A stretch of 62,752 nt of DNA, counting the filler, from Stramenopiles sp. TOSAG23-2 (taxonomy: Eukaryota): the NCBI GenBank assembly GCA_900128395.1. It is 31 parts of 31 records of this genome, joined end to end, with 100 filler letters (N's around TTAATTAATTAA, not from the genome) between each part and the next. Parts side by side here need not be neighbours in the genome. Positions count along the whole stretch, not along the records: positions 56,818 to 58,731 come from LT652213.1; positions 58,832 to 60,742 come from LT652214.1; positions 60,843 to 62,752 come from LT652215.1; 28 more parts are not named here. One strand, written 5' to 3'. The notes under the pieces were generated by a model that did not search any database, was not told where the DNA came from, and saw only the letters and a list, made by a program, of their open reading frames with translations. Numbering within the stretch: position 1 is the first letter of the stretch; each line of letters starts with the position of its first letter. The translations under genes and the position numbers were made by a program. Positions 57,474 through 62,752 of this stretch are shown in pieces.

Positions 57474-58719
57474 ATGGAACCTGGTGAAGTATTTAAAACC
57501 ATGGATCAATTATCTGGTGGTATGAATGAAACTGAACGTAAAGCTATTTTTAATAATAGTAAACCTTCTATTGAAATGTTTATAAATAATTTAAAGAAAA
57601 ATAAATATACCAAAATATTAATATTAGCAGGTGCAGGTATATCTGTCTCCGCTGGTATACCTGATTTTCGAAGTCCAAATTCAGGTTTGTTTCATAATTT
57701 ACAAAAATACAATTTACCACAGCCAGAATCAATTTTTGATCTTTCATTTTTTCGTTATAACCCTGATCCTTTTTTTACTTTAACGTAAGTACATTCTACC
57801 CCCCTAAACCTGATAAAAAGGACACCTTGTCTAACACCTAACTCATTCATACGCTACGCTCCATAGAAAAGAAATTTATCCCACGAATTTTAATCCAACT
57901 CCAACACATAGATTTTTTCAATTACTGGATAAAAAAAATATGCTATTGCGTGTGTATACACAAAATATTGATACATTGGAGAGACAGACAGGAATGTCAG
58001 GGGACAAAGTAATTGAATGCCATGGATCATATGCTACAAATACATGTTTAACTTGTGGCCAAAAATACTCACAAAAATGGTTCAAAGATAAAATATTCAA
58101 TGTGGATAGTAAAAATAGTAATAATCATAACAATGGGAAAAAACCAGAAGAAAAAGCAACAGCAACAATGACGGTAATTCCAACATGTGATAATTGTGAT
58201 GGCATAGTGAAACCTGATATAACATTTTATGGTGAAAATCTTCCAGAAATATTTGGAAGAATGTATAAAAATGATGTTCAGAGGGCTGATGCGCTTATCG
58301 TTTTAGGTACTTCGTTGCAAGTGTATCCTGTTGCAGGTATAGTCGATTTGGTTCGACCTGATATACCTAGAATTTTAATTAATCGTGATTGTGTACATCG
58401 TGCCAATTATATGGGAGAAGTATCAAAAGGTACGTTTGAAATTTCAACTGATGGATTTTGGTTTGGTAAAAAAGAATTAGATAAACATAATTATCGTGAT
58501 ATTTTTGTACAAGGTGATTGTGATGAAGTAATTAAAAATATTTGTAGAGATTTAAATTGGGATGAAGAATTAAATACATTATTGAAGAAGAAGGATAGTA
58601 AAGGAAATAATAGTGGTTATAAAAATAATAGTAATAATAATGGAGTGGAAGATGATAAGAAACGTGGTAATGGTAACGATCTTTCTGCTATGATTGATAA
58701 TCTGTCAATAAAAGAATAA
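57474..58719 (+). CDS. SIRT2: Class I sirtuin (SIRT2/Hst2-like); exons 57474-57784 and 57867-58719
   Basis: [27 protein letters not shown], CxxC..Cxx[18 protein letters not shown]; splicing restores [19 protein letters not shown]. Confidence 0.92.
57785..57866 (+). other. Spliceosomal intron, 82 nt
   Basis: GTAAGT donor, CTAAC branch candidates at 57831 and 57838, TAG acceptor; removal restores the frame. Confidence 0.92.
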
Positions 58720-58831
58720 AAAAACAAAAAANNNNNNNNNNNNNNNNNNNNNNNNNNNNNNNNNNNNNNNNNNNNTTAATTAATTAANNNNNNNNNNNNN
58801 NNNNNNNNNNNNNNNNNNNNNNNNNNNNNNN

Positions 58832-60031
58832 AATACACTGAAAGGAGTACCACTTGAATACTTTCAATGGGAACGATTAGTGTTTGATGAATGTCATGAG
58901 GCAACATGTCCTGGTGTTGGCGAAATAGATGAAGAAGATAAGAAAGTAACAACGCATAGAGGCCCGCTTGCTGCACGCGAGATTATGGGCGTTGCAACTA
59001 TGGACTTAAAAAAGCGCCCTTTGTATTGTAGAAAAGGAACTTGGGGTTTAACAGGAACTCCAATGTTATCAACTGTTGAGCGATGTACTGAATTAGCATC
59101 TATGTGTGGTGGTACATATGTATGTGGTGCAACAAAACATTGGCGCAATATGGAAAGAGCCAGTGGGCGGGATTTATTTTTAGAAGATTTAGATAGTGCT
59201 TATTTTGCATCTGGTGCATATCGTTCTAGACGGTTTGATCATGCGCAAAGGTATATCAAGACATCCGTTCAACGTAATCGTACGACTGAATATACTGGCA
59301 GCAAAAGTTTGAATATAATTCCAGTCCAAATGACGGCTGCAACATATGCCGAAATGAAGAAACTTAAAAAGCAATTGGATAAAGACCCAAAAAATCCAGC
59401 AACGCTATCGTTAATGTTAGCTGAAACAAATAGAATCGTATGGAAAAACATGTTGAAAACAATCAGTCAAGATGAAAATCGTGGAAAAGAATTGGTCAAA
59501 TTGATCCAAAAAATCAATCAGGCTGATAAGAAAACAAAAATTGTCATTTTTGCACCATATGATTGTGGCGCATATGATATTGCATTAAAAGCTTTACAAT
59601 CACATTGTGTTGAAGGTTTTGATGTTGATGATGATAAAAAAATTCATTTTGAGTATATTGATGATACCAAGCCGGCGGAGACACGACGTGAAATAATAAG
59701 GCTTTACAGCTCAATAGACATTAGTGATGGAGATCGATTTAACCCACGTGTATTGTTATTACCATTCAGCCACGCAGCAGGACATAATTTTCAATATGTT
59801 GGTAAAGACGTAATTTTATATGCTCCATTATGGAAAGCATCTGATCCAGTCGAAGCTATTGCAAGAGAACAACAAGCAATAGGTCGTGTATTCCGATCTG
59901 GTCAAGTCAATTCAGTTAATGTTTATCGATTTTTATTGACACATGAGAAAGATAAAACGTTTGATATTGACGATATGATATTTCGGCAAAACACCAAGAA
60001 AGAAAATATCGAAGCTGCATGTTCAGAGTGA
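58832..60031 (+). CDS. SNF2-family ATPase C-terminal part (RAD5/16- or DNMT5-type; 5' partial)
   Basis: FQWERLVFDECHE, WGLTGTP, AAGHNFQ, EQQAIGRVFRSGQ..V.VYRF. Confidence 0.82.
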   Translation, partial: NTLKGVPLEYFQWERLVFDECHEATCPGVGEIDEEDKKVTTHRGPLAAREIMGVATMDLKKRPLYCRKGTWGLTGTPMLSTVERCTELASMCGGTYVCGATKHWRNMERASGRDLFLEDLDSAYFASGAYRSRRFDHAQRYIKTSVQRNRTTEYTGSKSLNIIPVQMTAATYAEMKKLKKQLDKDPKNPATLSLMLAETNRIVWKNMLKTISQDENRGKELVKLIQKINQADKKTKIVIFAPYDCGAYDIALKALQSHCVEGFDVDDDKKIHFEYIDDTKPAETRREIIRLYSSIDISDGDRFNPRVLLLPFSHAAGHNFQYVGKDVILYAPLWKASDPVEAIAREQQAIGRVFRSGQVNSVNVYRFLLTHEKDKTFDIDDMIFRQNTKKENIEAACSE

Positions 60032-60405
60032 GTGAGAAAAAGTAAAATTAATTCGTATTGGGGTGTATTTTGTTTACTGTACAAATATTCTATACGATCG
60101 TCGAGCGCACGTGCGCTTCGTATCATTGGTTTAATCAAGATTCTTCATAGGCACCAGAATGTATGATAATATTGTGAATATTTAGAGCGTATAAAAAGAG
60201 TATTATATATGATATATAAATTGAAATTAATTGAAATACAACAACACAAAAGATGTATCATAAAAAAATTACAACGTGCATACAGTCTTATATCACATGT
60301 ACACGTTCGTATCATAGTTAGTACGGAACCCATTTACCTCTCCCTTTCCCTCGATTCTTCCCCCTCTCTCTTCTCTCTCTGTTCCAGTTTCTTCTTCTTT
60401 ACTCT

Positions 60406-60741
60406 TCATCTTCTTTCACTGACTGCACTGAAAGTAAGCGTCAATGGATAACGAGAGACTCTTAAAAGTGTTTGGACATGTTCAATACTTGTTTCTGATA
60501 CATCTACATTGCCAATCTTCAGAATCTGCATATCTTTTTCTATTTTATCACGTGACGCCCCATTTGGATCTACTGCATCTACAAAAATGCCAATTCTTCC
60601 TTCGTATATATTTAAACCAAGTCCGCTCCTTGGATAAGTAATAGTAATCGTATCTGTTGCTGCATTATTATTAGAAATATTTTGTCTTGCACCATCTTTC
60701 TCCGGTTTCACTACTACAAATTCATCATCATCATCATCCTC
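60406..60741 (-). CDS. C-terminal PDZ domain of a truncated protein
   Basis: GLGLNI..IFVDAVDPNG..QILKIGNVDV..VQTLLR..PLTLTF. Confidence 0.8.
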   Translation of the reverse strand, partial: EDDDDDEFVVVKPEKDGARQNISNNNAATDTITITYPRSGLGLNIYEGRIGIFVDAVDPNGASRDKIEKDMQILKIGNVDVSETSIEHVQTLLRVSRYPLTLTFSAVSERR

Positions 60742-60960
60742 ANNNNNNNNNNNNNNNNNNNNNNNNNNNNNNNNNNNNNNNNNNNNTTAATTAATTAANN
60801 NNNNNNNNNNNNNNNNNNNNNNNNNNNNNNNNNNNNNNNNNNTTATACCTGGTACAGTACTAATCACTGTCCTACTCGACCTCAAAATCATCTAAATTCT
60901 AAATCATCAAAATTAAAATGGCAAATGCAAATGGCACGAACCAAATTTTATTTTCTGTTC

Positions 60961-62752
60961 TTATTTTTCATAATGTTATTACGTACATATATAATGGACC
61001 CTTCGTAACAATGTAAATGGTGCAACAAATATCCATGCTAGTGTAAAGATATTTTGGCATTTTTTATATATAATATAATCATGCCAAAATATTACGGCAT
61101 ATATTTTTTTTATATAACAATTGATGGTTAAAATCAATCTAACGGCATATATTTTATAATACGAACTCGTACCGAACTTCGTACATTCATATTGTTTTAT
61201 ATTTAAAAATCATTTACCTATCATAAGTGCTGGGATAGTGTGTAATTTAAAATAAAGTTATATTTAATATAGCTCGAAGTAAAATATACGATACGACGAC
61301 GTATTTTAATCTATTTTTTTAAGAGCATCGGTAATATTGTTACTAGTTACTAGCTGACTAGCGTTTCATACGAAGTTTTAGTATACCATAATAACGATTG
61401 TCATTACTTGCTTGATCGTTAAAACCACCTGTTTCTTTCACGTGTTTAGCTAACTCTCTCATTTGAAGCAATCGTTGTTTACGCCAAGTTTTGTTACCGT
61501 GATCAGATTGTTTAGTATTTTTCCCAAAAGTTTCCGGTGTTTGCAACTTTGATACATATTCCAACTGATCTTTATTGACAATTAAAAGTCTCATTTTATC
61601 TCTGAAAATGCCAACGTTCTCTGGCCAAAACTCTTCGCGCTCATACGTTATGCAATATATGAATTGCCTCGTCTTTGTAGGAAAACTACAAGATGCTTCA
61701 ACTGAGACACTACTTTCCGTTAATAATCTTTTTACAAGACCAAACAGTTGTTGCCAAACAAGTTGATCTTCATTGAATGGCCCTACGTCCAGTAAACATA
61801 GCTTTGGACATTGATCCTTTAAAGCAATTGTTTCCTTTCTTGCTTTTTCCAATGCATTATTAAATTTTTTAAAATTGGGTTTATATTTATCTTCATAAAT
61901 TACGTCCCATTCTACATCCAATTCTTCAGTATCCAGCCTTCGTATTGCATCCATTTCAGATGTTTTTCTATCATCATGGCGATCGACAACTATTCCCATG
62001 AACATATTTAGTTGCACTGATATCAATTCTTCACCAGGTGTTTCTCTTTTGTCCTTTACTTGTGTTAAAAATAAATTATAAATAAGCAATGCAGAAGTAA
62101 TCAAATTGCCAAGCAGAACCCAAACTTTTTGAAGCATATTCATCATTTTGAAGAATGCATTCAAAACAGGTAATCTTGACCTCAAATATTCATATACATA
62201 GCAAATGTTAACCATATAGTTCAATTCAATGTCTTCCTCCATTGAATCCTTGTAACAACGGTTAACTGCATATACAAATGTTACAAACACAAAAAAGAGG
62301 AGCAAACCACATAATACATATAAGACATTCCGTTTGTTGGTCAATTTATGAATTGAATACTCCTTTACAGATGTAAACGTAGTGGTAGATATCATTTTTC
62401 TTTTGTGTCTTTTAATAATTCGTATACCTATTGTATAATTCCAATTAATATGGTTATCATTAATAAGACGAATGTATAATAGACACAATGACGAGAGAAA
62501 CAAAAAAAGATAAATATACTGTACTCCCAATGTACTCAGGTTTATTATATATACATGTACGAGGCCAACCAAAATACCAAAATCCAATAAAAACAACAAC
62601 CTTCTCTCTTTGAAAAACCCACAGCAAAAAAATTAATTTAACAAAAAATGCAGTGCAAATGTTTTTTATTTTTCATAATGTTATTACGTTAACGTACTAA
62701 TGGACCCTTCGTAACAATGGTGCAACAAATATCCGTGCTAGTGTAAAGATAT
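60961..62752. repeat. Diverged ~90-bp direct repeats (60961-61052 and 62666-62752) flanking the last gene
   Basis: ttatttttcataatgttattacgt..taatggacccttcgtaacaatg..gtgcaacaaatatcc(a/g)tgctagtgtaaagatat. Confidence 0.9.
61358..62599 (-). CDS. Hypothetical membrane-anchored protein (start uncertain)
   Basis: 413-aa ORF with N-terminal hydrophobic segments and a globular C-terminus. Confidence 0.65.
   Translation of the reverse strand: MLFLLDFGILVGLVHVYIINLSTLGVQYIYLFLFLSSLCLLYIRLINDNHINWNYTIGIRIIKRHKRKMISTTTFTSVKEYSIHKLTNKRNVLYVLCGLLLFFVFVTFVYAVNRCYKDSMEEDIELNYMVNICYVYEYLRSRLPVLNAFFKMMNMLQKVWVLLGNLITSALLIYNLFLTQVKDKRETPGEELISVQLNMFMGIVVDRHDDRKTSEMDAIRRLDTEELDVEWDVIYEDKYKPNFKKFNNALEKARKETIALKDQCPKLCLLDVGPFNEDQLVWQQLFGLVKRLLTESSVSVEASCSFPTKTRQFIYCITYEREEFWPENVGIFRDKMRLLIVNKDQLEYVSKLQTPETFGKNTKQSDHGNKTWRKQRLLQMRELAKHVKETGGFNDQASNDNRYYGILKLRMKR

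Noticed and set aside
60104-60117. 14-bp perfect palindrome agcgcacgtgcgct
   Set aside because: Single short instance between convergent genes with no further support
1948-60842. Regularly spaced TTAATTAATTAA palindromes and any apparent operon or gene cluster across them
   Set aside because: Artificial concatenation spacers; scaffolds are size-sorted and unlinked
172-61766. Numerous short antisense or overlapping ORFs and ORFs running into N spacers
   Set aside because: Shadows of real genes or artefacts of the spacer stops; no motifs

Overview
This is not a continuous locus. It is 31 unlinked, size-sorted scaffolds (about 1947 down to 1910 bp) joined by artificial 100-nt spacers (N-run, TTAATTAATTAA, N-run), so gene adjacency across spacers is meaningless. 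The DNA is AT-rich, intron-poor and eukaryotic: cytosolic RPL9, one clear GT-AG intron in a sirtuin, dynein heavy-chain pieces, an SFI1-like protein and nucleus-encoded mitochondrial enzymes. A flagellated protist MAG/SAG, possibly a stramenopile, is an inference. Main signals: (1) a protein joining a peptidase-S74/ICA autocleavage chaperone, a coiled coil and an intact CHAT caspase-like protease (8178-10114); (2) a scaffold whose first and last 55 nt are identical, carrying two 39-nt stem-loops with a compensatory base-pair change, 20-bp inverted repeats, an A33 tract and gene fragments (54803-56717); (3) a palindromic TACC(A/T)GGTA motif recurring in intergenic DNA of many unlinked scaffolds; (4) domain fusions GNAT-SMS/IPCS, YHS-beta-propeller and collagen-CBM-like; (5) a 54-bp-stem hairpin and a dispersed intergenic repeat. 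All family calls come from motif recognition by eye; no database searches were run.
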